IMG/VR virus record: IMGVR_UViG_3300036770_006954
Location: 107,630 to 171,629 of that record
DNA: 64,000 bases
DNA from: a virus
Strand: one strand, 5' to 3'
The notes below the pieces were generated by a model, which was not told the origin of the DNA, ran no database searches, and saw nothing but the letters and a program-made list of their open reading frames with translations. Shown here in pieces: positions 35,487 to 43,778 of this stretch (the first letter of the stretch is position 1; the number at the start of each line of letters is the position of its first letter). Both the position numbers and the translations under genes were made by a program.

Positions 35487-36077
35487 TCACTCATTGTTGT
35501 CAGGTTTAGAAAATGTTTCTTCGGCTTTACCACCAAATTTACTGTTATTATACAAATCATCAAAATCTTTGAATCCCTTTGAACGGGCATAATCGTCGTT
35601 TTTCTTCATTTGAAATGCTCTGATAGTTTCAGGGTCTCTCATCTGGTCGGGTGTTTCAAACCCAAGGGATTTGGTACACTCTTTTTCACACCATTCATGC
35701 GAACCGATTTGAATATGGATTGGTAAATCGGTCTCGAGTGAGTCCATGAAGTCCTCGAACTGATTTGCAGCAATAAACGGCATCGTGTAAATACCCTCAT
35801 CAACAGCATATCCCGATTCATCTTGACTGTCAAAGATTTCAACTCTCCCCATTCGGTATCTTTCACCCATCAAAGAGAATACTCCGTAACCAACAGTTGA
35901 ATAATGAAACCTACCAGGTTCACTGACTCCGTGAAGGTCAATACAACTAGGATTTCGTTCAATCCAAGTTGCGAGATGGTTGGCAATATCTGTATCGTTT
36001 AGTTCAATATTATCCTTTTCAGCATTGTGACGGATGTTAGTTAAAAACCAAGCCAATTTTTTTCTATCTACTTTCAT
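35487..36077 (-). CDS. Hypothetical protein
   Basis: 196 aa ORF. Confidence 0.7.
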   Translation of the reverse strand: MKVDRKKLAWFLTNIRHNAEKDNIELNDTDIANHLATWIERNPSCIDLHGVSEPGRFHYSTVGYGVFSLMGERYRMGRVEIFDSQDESGYAVDEGIYTMPFIAANQFEDFMDSLETDLPIHIQIGSHEWCEKECTKSLGFETPDQMRDPETIRAFQMKKNDDYARSKGFKDFDDLYNNSKFGGKAEETFSKPDNNE

Positions 36078-36155
36078 TTCAAGTCAATATTTCGTTATTT
36101 GAAGCTCAAATGTAATCATTTGTGAGCCGTATCGTTTATGTAAATGAGCCAATTG

Positions 36156-36227
36156 TAGCGTCGGGTGGATTTGAACCACCGACCGTCTCCGTATGAAAGA
36201 GAAGCTCTACCCCTGAGCTACGACGCC
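36156..36227 (-). tRNA. tRNA-Met(CAU), elongator type
   Basis: TCTCT TT-CAT-AC GGAGA; G1:U72 pair, no 3 GC pairs in the anticodon stem. Confidence 0.85.
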
Positions 36228-36230
36228 AAC

Positions 36231-36719
36231 TTAACTAAACTCTGTGGAAGTAGAAACCCGAAGTCCATTAATGTACCCCTCGTGTTTTCGATTCGAAATA
36301 AAAGGATTACGGTCAGGATATTCTTTAAAGTAAGTCTCAATATCCCATCCATCCTCTTGACCCCATTCAAGAGACATTTGGATAAATTCATCAACATTCA
36401 TTTCTCTTCCGTACTCGTCAACGACTCGACCACTTCGGATAAACTCAAAAAGTTCCTCCTTGGTTTTATAGTATTTCGAATCATTCCAGTTCCAAAGGAA
36501 TTTCCATCCACTACTTCGTTTACCTAAGTGAACCTTGGTACCATCCAAGAATTCCTCCCAAGGTGAAACGGAATCCCACTCACCAACTGAGATAGAACGG
36601 AACCCTCGTTCAATTTGAGACGGATTGATTGAATCCATTTCATCAATTCTCATACGGAGCTTTTGCTCTCGTTTAATCATTTCATGTCCTTTCGGAACTC
36701 GATAAAAATTGGTTCCCAT
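36231..36719 (-). CDS. Conserved phage hypothetical protein
   Basis: MGTNFY...HLGKRSSGWKFLW...VDEYG. Confidence 0.7.
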   Translation of the reverse strand: MGTNFYRVPKGHEMIKREQKLRMRIDEMDSINPSQIERGFRSISVGEWDSVSPWEEFLDGTKVHLGKRSSGWKFLWNWNDSKYYKTKEELFEFIRSGRVVDEYGREMNVDEFIQMSLEWGQEDGWDIETYFKEYPDRNPFISNRKHEGYINGLRVSTSTEFS

Positions 36720-36730
36720 AATTGAATAAA

Positions 36731-37357
36731 TTAAGATACAGACGAACCATCCTTACGATAGATTTCCATCGTTGATGATTTACCTCGGTTATCTAAATGT
36801 TCAGAAACTTCAAGAAGTTGGTCTTTGAAGAAAATTCTTGCAATGTAATCCCAATCACCATCAGGAGTATCTACAGAACCACTTTGGTATGAAAAATCTT
36901 TTGAGGTTGGTGTTTCATCACTCTCGAATTCCATTTCATAGATACCACCTTTGTTTTCATCGAAACTAATAAGAATGTTATCAACACCATCCATATCTTC
37001 AGGAATTGCCAAGTAGGATTGATAAGGGTACTTCTCGTCAATTACAGTATCATCACCAACATTCTCATAAATGTCACCCACTTCTTTATCGGTAAATGAC
37101 AGAACTACATTACCTGACTCATCTTCAACCTCAAAAGTAGTTGAACCATTATCCATTGGAGCTGACATGTGAAATAAATCGGGATTGTAAAAGTCTTCCA
37201 AGATTCCTTCATCTTCCAATTCCCAACGAGTTTCAGACAAGTCTTCATATTCATTTTCGTACATGAGTTCTTGAATTCGCTCGACTTGTTCGTCCGAGAT
37301 TGAATGGGCAACGGCTTCCATTTCCCAACCGTACACTTTTAATTTGTATTTTGCCAT
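36731..37357 (-). CDS. Acidic hypothetical protein
   Basis: 208 aa ORF. Confidence 0.7.
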   Translation of the reverse strand: MAKYKLKVYGWEMEAVAHSISDEQVERIQELMYENEYEDLSETRWELEDEGILEDFYNPDLFHMSAPMDNGSTTFEVEDESGNVVLSFTDKEVGDIYENVGDDTVIDEKYPYQSYLAIPEDMDGVDNILISFDENKGGIYEMEFESDETPTSKDFSYQSGSVDTPDGDWDYIARIFFKDQLLEVSEHLDNRGKSSTMEIYRKDGSSVS

Positions 37358-37360
37358 TTT

Positions 37361-37552
37361 TTAGAGAATTTGAGGGTTGTTATTTTGATTAGTTGCGTTG
37401 TGAACAAAATAAGCGGTGAAAAAAATGTTGATACATAAAGATACCCAATCGTAGGTGGAAAGGGTTTCCATATTCGATAAAATCACCATCTTAGCCCCGA
37501 GCCAAAAGGTAAAAAGGTACGCCAATACCTGATAAATCATTTTTTGTGTCAT
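37361..37552 (-). CDS. Small two-TM membrane protein
   Basis: 63 aa hydrophobic; TATCTTTG promoter upstream (37576-37583). Confidence 0.6.
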   Translation of the reverse strand: MTQKMIYQVLAYLFTFWLGAKMVILSNMETLSTYDWVSLCINIFFTAYFVHNATNQNNNPQIL

Positions 37553-37613
37553 AGTTCAAACTTTTAAGTTTATCACAAAGATACAACAAAAAATTTAAAC
37601 CACCAAATGTTAG

Positions 37614-37684
37614 CACGCCCACTAGGACTCGAACCTAGAACAACGGTTTTGGAGACCGTCATGTTACCATTACACTATGGACGC
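37614..37684 (-). tRNA. tRNA-Trp(CCA)
   Basis: ACGGT CT-CCA-AA ACCGT. Confidence 0.93.
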
Positions 37685-37690
37685 ATTTTG

Positions 37691-37762
37691 TAGTTCCTGA
37701 AGGATTTGAACCCTCACCATTTCATCCGTAGTGAAAGATGCTATCCATTACACCAAAGAACC
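37691..37762 (-). tRNA. tRNA-Arg(ACG)
   Basis: TTTCA CT-ACG-GA TGAAA. Confidence 0.93.
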
Positions 37763-37766
37763 ATTG

Positions 37767-37837
37767 TTACCCCGGATAGATTCGAACTACCATTAAATGA
37801 GTCAAAGTCATTTGTCCTGCCCTTAGACGACGGGGTA
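37767..37837 (-). tRNA. tRNA-Gln(UUG)
   Basis: AATGA CT-TTG-AC TCATT. Confidence 0.93.
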
Positions 37838-37842
37838 ATAAG

Positions 37843-37917
37843 TTGGAAAGATAGGACTCGAACCTATGACCTTCTCGGTATCAGCGAGACGCTCTAAACC
37901 AACTGAGCTACATTCCA
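37843..37917 (-). tRNA. tRNA-Ile(GAU)
   Basis: TCTCG CT-GAT-AC CGAGA. Confidence 0.93.
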
Positions 37918-37924
37918 ATTAAAG

Positions 37925-37999
37925 TGGAGAGGATGGGAATCGAACCCATATCTCTGAATTTTCAGTCCAGTGCGTACTGACCAACTGCGCTACCTCTCC
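37925..37999 (-). tRNA. tRNA-Phe(GAA)
   Basis: CTGGA CT-GAA-AA TTCAG. Confidence 0.92.
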
Positions 38000-38006
38000 A
38001 TGGCTA

Positions 38007-38023
38007 CCAATATGTCAAAGAAC
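38007..38023 (-). promoter_or_regulatory. boxA-like antitermination site
   Basis: GTTCTTTGACATATTGG between terminator and first tRNA. Confidence 0.6.
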
Positions 38024-38030
38024 TTAGTAA

Positions 38031-38067
38031 GAAAACAAAAGACCCGAACCTTTTTGGGGTTCGGGCC
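38031..38067 (-). terminator. Intrinsic (attenuator) terminator upstream of tRNA cluster
   Basis: GGCCCGAACC-CCAAAAA-GGTTCGGGTC-TTTTGTTTT. Confidence 0.8.
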
Positions 38068-38095
38068 TCTGTATAGTTTCTTACAAGTACTACAT

Positions 38096-38188
38096 TCAAA
38101 CTCCCAAACCCGCACAACTACGCTGGTACCATTTTACACAAATGATATCAAACATATTGTTAACGAGATTATGAAATAGAGTTTTCAT
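38096..38188 (-). CDS. Putative leader peptide (30 aa)
   Basis: MKTLFHNLVNNMFDIICVKWYQRSCAGLGV*; A-rich start, ~18 nt downstream of promoter; not in ORF track. Confidence 0.65.
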   Translation of the reverse strand: MKTLFHNLVNNMFDIICVKWYQRSCAGLGV

Positions 38189-38206
38189 GTTTTTATAATT
38201 ATACCA

Positions 38207-38237
38207 CAAAGATACAAAAGATTTTTAATCTATCAAA
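38207..38237 (-). promoter_or_regulatory. Bacteroidota sigma70-type promoter of the leader/tRNA unit
   Basis: TTTG-N19-TATCTTTG. Confidence 0.75.
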
Positions 38238-38947
38238 TTCTTTTTATAAATAACCGATAAATATTCACCAAATGGTGGTTCTAATTCTATAGTTGGTTCA
38301 GTATCAAACAATTCGATAATAACTTTTTGCACCTCATCAGTGTAAATATGATTATAATAATCGTGTAAAACAATTACACATTCTTTTTCCATAAATGGTC
38401 TTATTGCATATAAGTCTTGTATAATTTGTTCGGGTGTGTGTCCACCATCTAAAAATAAAAAATCGAAGCTATTGTTAGAATGGTTATGAACAACCTCCAT
38501 AACATCATCAGGACTCCAACCTATTTGTGGATTGACAACATCTTTCAAACGAAAATATTCTATAAGATAATTTACGGATTTGAAACCATCTGATTGATAG
38601 TTAGTTGATTTGTCTTCATAATCTTGGGTATAAACATCTTGTCTCTCCTCAACATAGGCATCCATCGTAACTAATTTTCCACCAGTTTGTTTGAAACCAA
38701 TACCGAGTGCCACAGTACTTACACCAAAAGCGGTCGCTAATTCAAAACCACTCTTCAGATTATATTTAATTATTAAATTTTTTAAAAACTCGAACTCGTC
38801 ATATCGAATTGACAATGGGAAATTATGATTTCCCATTCTGATACAATAATTTTCAATAATATTTTCTTGAAAAGGTTTTCTATATCCATTTATTTTATAT
38901 TCAACAGGTCCCCATTTCAATTTAGGGATTTCAAAAAATTCACTCAT
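38225..38947 (-). CDS. Class I SAM-dependent methyltransferase (Methyltransf_24-like)
   Basis: FELATAFGVST, LVTMDAY, FDFLFLDGGH, IVLHDY. Confidence 0.8.
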   Translation of the reverse strand: MSEFFEIPKLKWGPVEYKINGYRKPFQENIIENYCIRMGNHNFPLSIRYDEFEFLKNLIIKYNLKSGFELATAFGVSTVALGIGFKQTGGKLVTMDAYVEERQDVYTQDYEDKSTNYQSDGFKSVNYLIEYFRLKDVVNPQIGWSPDDVMEVVHNHSNNSFDFLFLDGGHTPEQIIQDLYAIRPFMEKECVIVLHDYYNHIYTDEVQKVIIELFDTEPTIELEPPFGEYLSVIYKKNLID

Positions 38948-38950
38948 AAA

Positions 38951-39220
38951 TTAAAATATAGATGCGGCATCGTCAGATTCAAGTAAAACTTTGATTCCCA
39001 AATATTTTTCACAAACCTCATAAAAGTCTTCAACTTTTGTTTTTGTCAAATCTTGAGGATTTTCGATTGTTAGGTAAAAACCTGATTTAGTTTCAAAAAT
39101 AGAATTTTTTTCGTTGTATTCAAAATAAGCCATTCTTCTGTAACCACGATATTTGGCTTCAGGTAGAAACTTATCAACCATTGTTTGAAATGGTGGATTT
39201 AGAAATGAACCCCTTGTCAT
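38951..39220 (-). CDS. Hypothetical protein
   Basis: Likely start MTRGSFLNPP at 39220, just downstream of tRNA-Ile(UAU). Confidence 0.6.
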   Translation of the reverse strand: MTRGSFLNPPFQTMVDKFLPEAKYRGYRRMAYFEYNEKNSIFETKSGFYLTIENPQDLTKTKVEDFYEVCEKYLGIKVLLESDDAASIF

Positions 39221-39222
39221 AG

Positions 39223-39295
39223 TTGTGTGAATGGGATTCGAACCCATGACCTGAATGGTATAAGCATTCTGCTCTCACCACTGAGCTACCACACA
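39223..39295 (-). tRNA. tRNA-Ile(UAU)
   Basis: GAATG CT-TAT-AC CATTC. Confidence 0.88.
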
Positions 39296-39301
39296 AATTT
39301 G

Positions 39302-39386
39302 TACCGATGGCCGGACTCGAACCGGCACGGACCCTTCGGTCCAAGGGATTTTAAGTCCCTCGTGGCTACCTTTACACCACATCGGC
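39302..39386 (-). tRNA. tRNA-Leu(UAA)
   Basis: AGGGA CT-TAA-AA TCCCT, long variable arm. Confidence 0.93.
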
Positions 39387-39416
39387 AAATAACACTACAA
39401 ATATAAGAATAAATTT

Positions 39417-40121
39417 TTAGAATTCCAACTCCAAAATGGTATCAGATGCCCAACCATCAATATTTTCAATGTAAAAGATGTTTACCGACTTTTCTTCCAA
39501 ATCAAATTCAACACTTCCTTGAGAGCCCTCATTGATTTCCCATCCTCCAGGTAAATTCCTGTCAATAAATGTTTCAACTATCTGAGGCATATCGAATGTT
39601 TCACTAAGTCCAATTAAAGTGTCTGTAACATACCCAGAGTCACCACTACCTTCGAATGCAGTTTTAAGAAATCTAACCTCACTCTCACCTACGACCCGAA
39701 CTAAAGATTCATAAATTTCATCAGGCATTTCTAAGATAAAGACTTGTTCTTCACTCTCAGTCCAATAGTTTAATTCCGCAATTGCGGAAATTTTTCGCTC
39801 TTTTAAGTTCATTATGATAGACAACTGATAATTTGATGCTTCATTTAAACCAACTGTGTCTAATATTTTGTTAAAACTTAGTTCAACCTCAGGTTCAATT
39901 TTTTCTTCATAAAACTTGAAAAGAAAGTCCCTAATTTTTGTTGGTATGTTCAAATCAACACTACCATAATTCATATCAACACCGAAATCATCTTCAGAAA
40001 CATTCAAACCATCCCAAGGATTGTCATCAAAGTTAAATTCCCATCTCAGGTACTTTCTTCCCGTAGATTTTGCATACTTCCACAGAAAATCTAACATCCT
40101 TTGTTCTTCAGGTGTCCACAT
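39417..40121 (-). CDS. Hypothetical protein, C-terminal DUF6878-like
   Basis: FEGSGDSG ... GGWEINEGSQG (from recall). Confidence 0.5.
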   Translation of the reverse strand: MWTPEEQRMLDFLWKYAKSTGRKYLRWEFNFDDNPWDGLNVSEDDFGVDMNYGSVDLNIPTKIRDFLFKFYEEKIEPEVELSFNKILDTVGLNEASNYQLSIIMNLKERKISAIAELNYWTESEEQVFILEMPDEIYESLVRVVGESEVRFLKTAFEGSGDSGYVTDTLIGLSETFDMPQIVETFIDRNLPGGWEINEGSQGSVEFDLEEKSVNIFYIENIDGWASDTILELEF

Positions 40122-40133
40122 AAATTATAAATA

Positions 40134-40487
40134 TCAGTCTGCTGACTCAATTTTTAATGTCCGAGTCATCCAAACTGGTTTTGGATTCTTTTGTAATCCA
40201 ATAATCCATTCTTTTGCTGTTGGGATATAGTTGTTACAATCTTCTTTTACATGTTGTTCCCCAACATAACGAGTGTAAACTGTACGCCCATCTGAGTTTA
40301 CAAAAGAAACTCCAAATACTTTTTCCATTTCAAAAATACCTTCACTATGATGACGGAATATTCTGTGTAAAGAATCTCCGAACCAACTTTTGGTTTCATC
40401 CATCCACTGATGTAGATGATGATAATCCTCAGGTTTCCCCCCAAATTTCCTTGCGGAGGATTTTGAATGTTCGAATGGGTGAGCCAT
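40134..40487 (-). CDS. DUF6915-like protein
   Basis: MAHPFEHSKSSARKFGGKPEDY..HQWMDETK..HRIFRHHSEGIF..GEQHVKED. Confidence 0.6.
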   Translation of the reverse strand: MAHPFEHSKSSARKFGGKPEDYHHLHQWMDETKSWFGDSLHRIFRHHSEGIFEMEKVFGVSFVNSDGRTVYTRYVGEQHVKEDCNNYIPTAKEWIIGLQKNPKPVWMTRTLKIESAD

Positions 40488-40666
40488 TAAGATAGTTGTT
40501 TCACAGTGTATTTGTTTCCACTTAAAGAATTGGATTCAAACAATTTAGCAATTTTATTCGCTTGTTCGAATGTTTCAAATTCCATTGGGATACCCTCACT
40601 ATCATTTACCAAAATTGTCATTTTTTGGTTCAGAAACAAAGTTTCTTTTAAAATAATATAAGACAT
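40487..40666 (-). CDS. Small hypothetical protein (59 aa, below ORF-track cutoff)
   Basis: MSYIILKETLFLNQKMTILVNDSEGIPMEFETFEQANKIAKLFESNS...; stop overlaps the next ATG. Confidence 0.6.
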   Translation of the reverse strand: MSYIILKETLFLNQKMTILVNDSEGIPMEFETFEQANKIAKLFESNSLSGNKYTVKQLS

Positions 40667-40779
40667 AAGTTTAAATACTTGTTACGGTATTACAATAAAT
40701 CATAATCTCAACTTTCAAATCTTGACTGAAAGCAAAAAATAATTCGTTTAAAAATTTTTTCATAGTTTCAAAAATTTTG

Positions 40780-40852
40780 TAGGGATGACAGGGCTCGAAC
40801 CTGCGACCCCCTGGTCCCAAACCAGGTACGCTACCATCTGCGCCACATCCCT
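40780..40852 (-). tRNA. tRNA-Pro(UGG)
   Basis: CCTGG TT-TGG-GA CCAGG; A1-U72. Confidence 0.9.
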
Positions 40853-40879
40853 AATTAACCAATAAGATAAGAAGAAAAA

Positions 40880-41080
40880 CTAAAGAGACAACTTTTTCTG
40901 TGCCTTTCTTTCGGCAACTTTCTGTTTGTGAAGGCGCTCATACGCTTTGAAAGCTGCGTCGGCACGATTCATTTTCGGGTCTTTCATTATCATTGAAGAA
41001 GTCTCCATTCTCCATTCTTCAAAAAACCCTTTTCGGTGAGCATCAAAACCATAAGATTCGTATATGTCTTCTGTTGTCAT
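40880..41080 (-). CDS. Small hypothetical protein
   Basis: 66 aa ORF. Confidence 0.6.
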   Translation of the reverse strand: MTTEDIYESYGFDAHRKGFFEEWRMETSSMIMKDPKMNRADAAFKAYERLHKQKVAERKAQKKLSL

Positions 41081-41156
41081 TTCAATTGCCCTGTGTATAT
41101 TAAATATAACAAAAATGTAAAAATTTATACATCAAATTACGGATATTTATAGTGAT

Positions 41157-41261
41157 ATGTACAGTTTTTGGGGCACATACTCAAGTCAACTATTTAATGA
41201 ACTCGTTCGTTTTCAGAACATGTTCAAACGATGTGTGCTTCGGGACCTGAAACAAAATTAA
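41157..41261 (+). CDS. Small 34-aa ORF between late motif and terminator
   Basis: MYSFWGTYSSQLFNELVRFQNMFKRCVLRDLKQN*. Confidence 0.45.
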   Translation: MYSFWGTYSSQLFNELVRFQNMFKRCVLRDLKQN

Positions 41262-41321
41262 TTTACAAAAGGGGTCTATGAGCCCCTTTTTTATTGTGTT
41301 GATGTTTAATATATTTGTCAC

Positions 41322-41810
41322 ATGCAAAAAGTACTTGTTTTGAACTTTGACTATTCACCTTTGAATATTACTTCACTTCAGAGGGGATTTACTTTGGTTG
41401 TGAATGGAAAGGCTGAAATCATTAAATCGGCAGAAAACCCTATAACCACTTTTACACAAACCTATGTACGCCCTTTAATTATCCGCCTTCTAAAATACAT
41501 CAACCACCGAAGTTCAGGAATCAGAGTTAATCGTCATAGAATTTTCAAAAGGGATGGAAACGAGTGCGTTTATTGTTTTTCAAAAAAAGATTTAACAATC
41601 GACCATGTCGTCCCTCGTTCAAGAGGTGGAAAAAACACTTGGAACAATTTAGTTACCTGTTGTTCGAAGTGTAACTTGAAAAAAGGGAATCGTACACCTG
41701 AGGAAGCTCGCATGCCGCTTAAGAAAAAACCTTATGAACCAAATTTTGTTGATGAGGTTACAACACTCAATGATGCTTGGGATAGTTTCAAACAAAGCTT
41801 TTTTTCTTAA
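41322..41810 (+). CDS. HNH endonuclease
   Basis: RDGNECVYC..LTIDHVVPRSRGGKNTWNNLVTCCSKCNLKK. Confidence 0.92.
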   Translation: MQKVLVLNFDYSPLNITSLQRGFTLVVNGKAEIIKSAENPITTFTQTYVRPLIIRLLKYINHRSSGIRVNRHRIFKRDGNECVYCFSKKDLTIDHVVPRSRGGKNTWNNLVTCCSKCNLKKGNRTPEEARMPLKKKPYEPNFVDEVTTLNDAWDSFKQSFFS

Positions 41811-41842
41811 TCTTTTTTAATACTTTTTTAAAAAAACTTATA

Positions 41843-42100
41843 ATGGAAAATCAAAATACATTAAGTGAACAAGATTATATCAACGCTTCATTACTTTTTT
41901 CAAAAGCGTTGTCCCTAATTTTCGAAGATTACCAAGGAATTGTTGTTGACGTAAAAACCACCGATATTAAATTACCCAATAGTCCTGGAAAAGTAGTTAT
42001 CTATAAATTAGAAGAAAAAATTCACATTCAACACATCGAAGAAAATATCGAGGAAGGTACAATTGTAAATCTTTCTCATAAAGAAGAAAATCAACAATAA
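41843..42100 (+). CDS. Hypothetical protein
   Basis: 85 aa ORF. Confidence 0.65.
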   Translation: MENQNTLSEQDYINASLLFSKALSLIFEDYQGIVVDVKTTDIKLPNSPGKVVIYKLEEKIHIQHIEENIEEGTIVNLSHKEENQQ

Positions 42101-42102
42101 AA

Positions 42103-43776
42103 ATGACAGTTTTAGGATTTTCAGTCGGACACGATAAGGGTGCAGTAATAGTTCAAGACAATAGAGTTGCTATTGGAATTTCACAAGAAAGACTTAGTAG
42201 ATTAAAACATGATGGTGCTTTCACTGAGGGTGCAATTCCTGTTGAATCTATTATGTATTGTTTGACAGAGTTGGACATTACAATCGATGAAATAGATTTA
42301 ATAGTTTACAGTACAACTGAATTGTTGGATAACACATATGAACAATTTAATAAAATTTTCAAAATACCTAAAAACAAACTAAAGTTTATCCCACACCATT
42401 TAGCACATGCTTATTCGAGTTTTTTCACCTCAGGATTTGATGAAGCTGCCGTGATTGTTGCAGATGCTTCAGGTAGCATTGCAAATGACAGAACAAAGTT
42501 GAAAGAATGGTATCCTGAATTGACAACAGAAGGATTAGAAGACGGTGAAGATTGGACTGAAGGAATTTCTATTTATCATTTAAATCGTAAAGACTATAAA
42601 GAAGTATACAAAAAATGGATTAAGTATCCCGTCCCTTTAGGAACTGGTGAGGATGTTTCTGTCGGCACTATGTATTCTGAGGGTTGTCACCGATTAATTT
42701 ATTCTCCTGATACTAACTCTTGGCCGGCAGGAAAATTGATGGGATTGGCTTCTTATGCAGACCCTGAGATTGTTGAAAAAGCTGGAAAATTTATTCAATA
42801 TGAGAACAATGAATTGTATATTCCAAACAACCCTATTTATCCTCGCGTAACTTGGAAATCTGACTTTTTCTCTAAAGCTTGTGTTGCGGGTATCTACCAA
42901 AGAGAACAAGAACGAGTTTCTCTTTATTTGGCAGACATGGCCAAAAATCTAACAAATTCCAAAAATGTATGCACCGCTGGTGGGTCTTTCTTGAATTGCA
43001 ATTCTAACGAATTGATACTTAAGTCAGATTTATTCGAAAATTGTTATTTTGTTCCACCAGCTGATGATAGTGGAATACCATTAGGATGTGCTTGGTGGGG
43101 TTTCCAACAAGTTACCGAAATCACTTATACACCCACAATGTGGCCATATTTTGGTAAAACTTATTCTGATGTAGAAATTTTAGATGCAACTTCAAGGTTT
43201 GATAATATTGATGTCCAATATTACAATAATTTCGATGAAATTTTAGAAATAATAGGTGAGTGGCTCACTCAAAATAGAGTTGTTGGTTGGTTTCAGAACG
43301 GTTCTGAAATAGGTCCAAGAGCTCTTGGAAACCGTTCAATTTTAGCGTCACCAATAAATCGATGGATGAAGGACCATATTAATCACGATATTAAAAAGAG
43401 AGAGTGGTACCGTCCCTTTGCACCTGCAGTTATCTTTGACAAACAAAAGGAAATTTTCGACACAGATTATTTTTCACCATTTATGTTAGTTACTGCAATC
43501 GTTAATGAAAATTGGAGAGAAAAAATTCCCGCTGTAGTTCATGTTGATAATTCTGCTCGTTACCAATCGGTTACACCTGTGAGCAATCCGAGGTTTTTTG
43601 GATTAATCAACAAATTTTATGAAAAAACAGGAGTTCCTGTGTTATTAAACACAAGTTTCAATGGTCCTCACGAACCGATTGTTGAAACACCATACGATGC
43701 AATTAAAACATTTCTCTCTCAACATTTAGATTTCTTAGTTGTTGGGAATTATATCATTACAAATCAAAACAGATAG
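42103..43776 (+). CDS. Carbamoyltransferase (NodU/CmcH family) 1
   Basis: ERLSRLKH, HHLAHA, GKLMGLA, EIGPRALGNRSILA, RPFAP, VLLNTSFN. Confidence 0.93.
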   Translation: MTVLGFSVGHDKGAVIVQDNRVAIGISQERLSRLKHDGAFTEGAIPVESIMYCLTELDITIDEIDLIVYSTTELLDNTYEQFNKIFKIPKNKLKFIPHHLAHAYSSFFTSGFDEAAVIVADASGSIANDRTKLKEWYPELTTEGLEDGEDWTEGISIYHLNRKDYKEVYKKWIKYPVPLGTGEDVSVGTMYSEGCHRLIYSPDTNSWPAGKLMGLASYADPEIVEKAGKFIQYENNELYIPNNPIYPRVTWKSDFFSKACVAGIYQREQERVSLYLADMAKNLTNSKNVCTAGGSFLNCNSNELILKSDLFENCYFVPPADDSGIPLGCAWWGFQQVTEITYTPTMWPYFGKTYSDVEILDATSRFDNIDVQYYNNFDEILEIIGEWLTQNRVVGWFQNGSEIGPRALGNRSILASPINRWMKDHINHDIKKREWYRPFAPAVIFDKQKEIFDTDYFSPFMLVTAIVNENWREKIPAVVHVDNSARYQSVTPVSNPRFFGLINKFYEKTGVPVLLNTSFNGPHEPIVETPYDAIKTFLSQHLDFLVVGNYIITNQNR

Positions 43777-43778
43777 TA

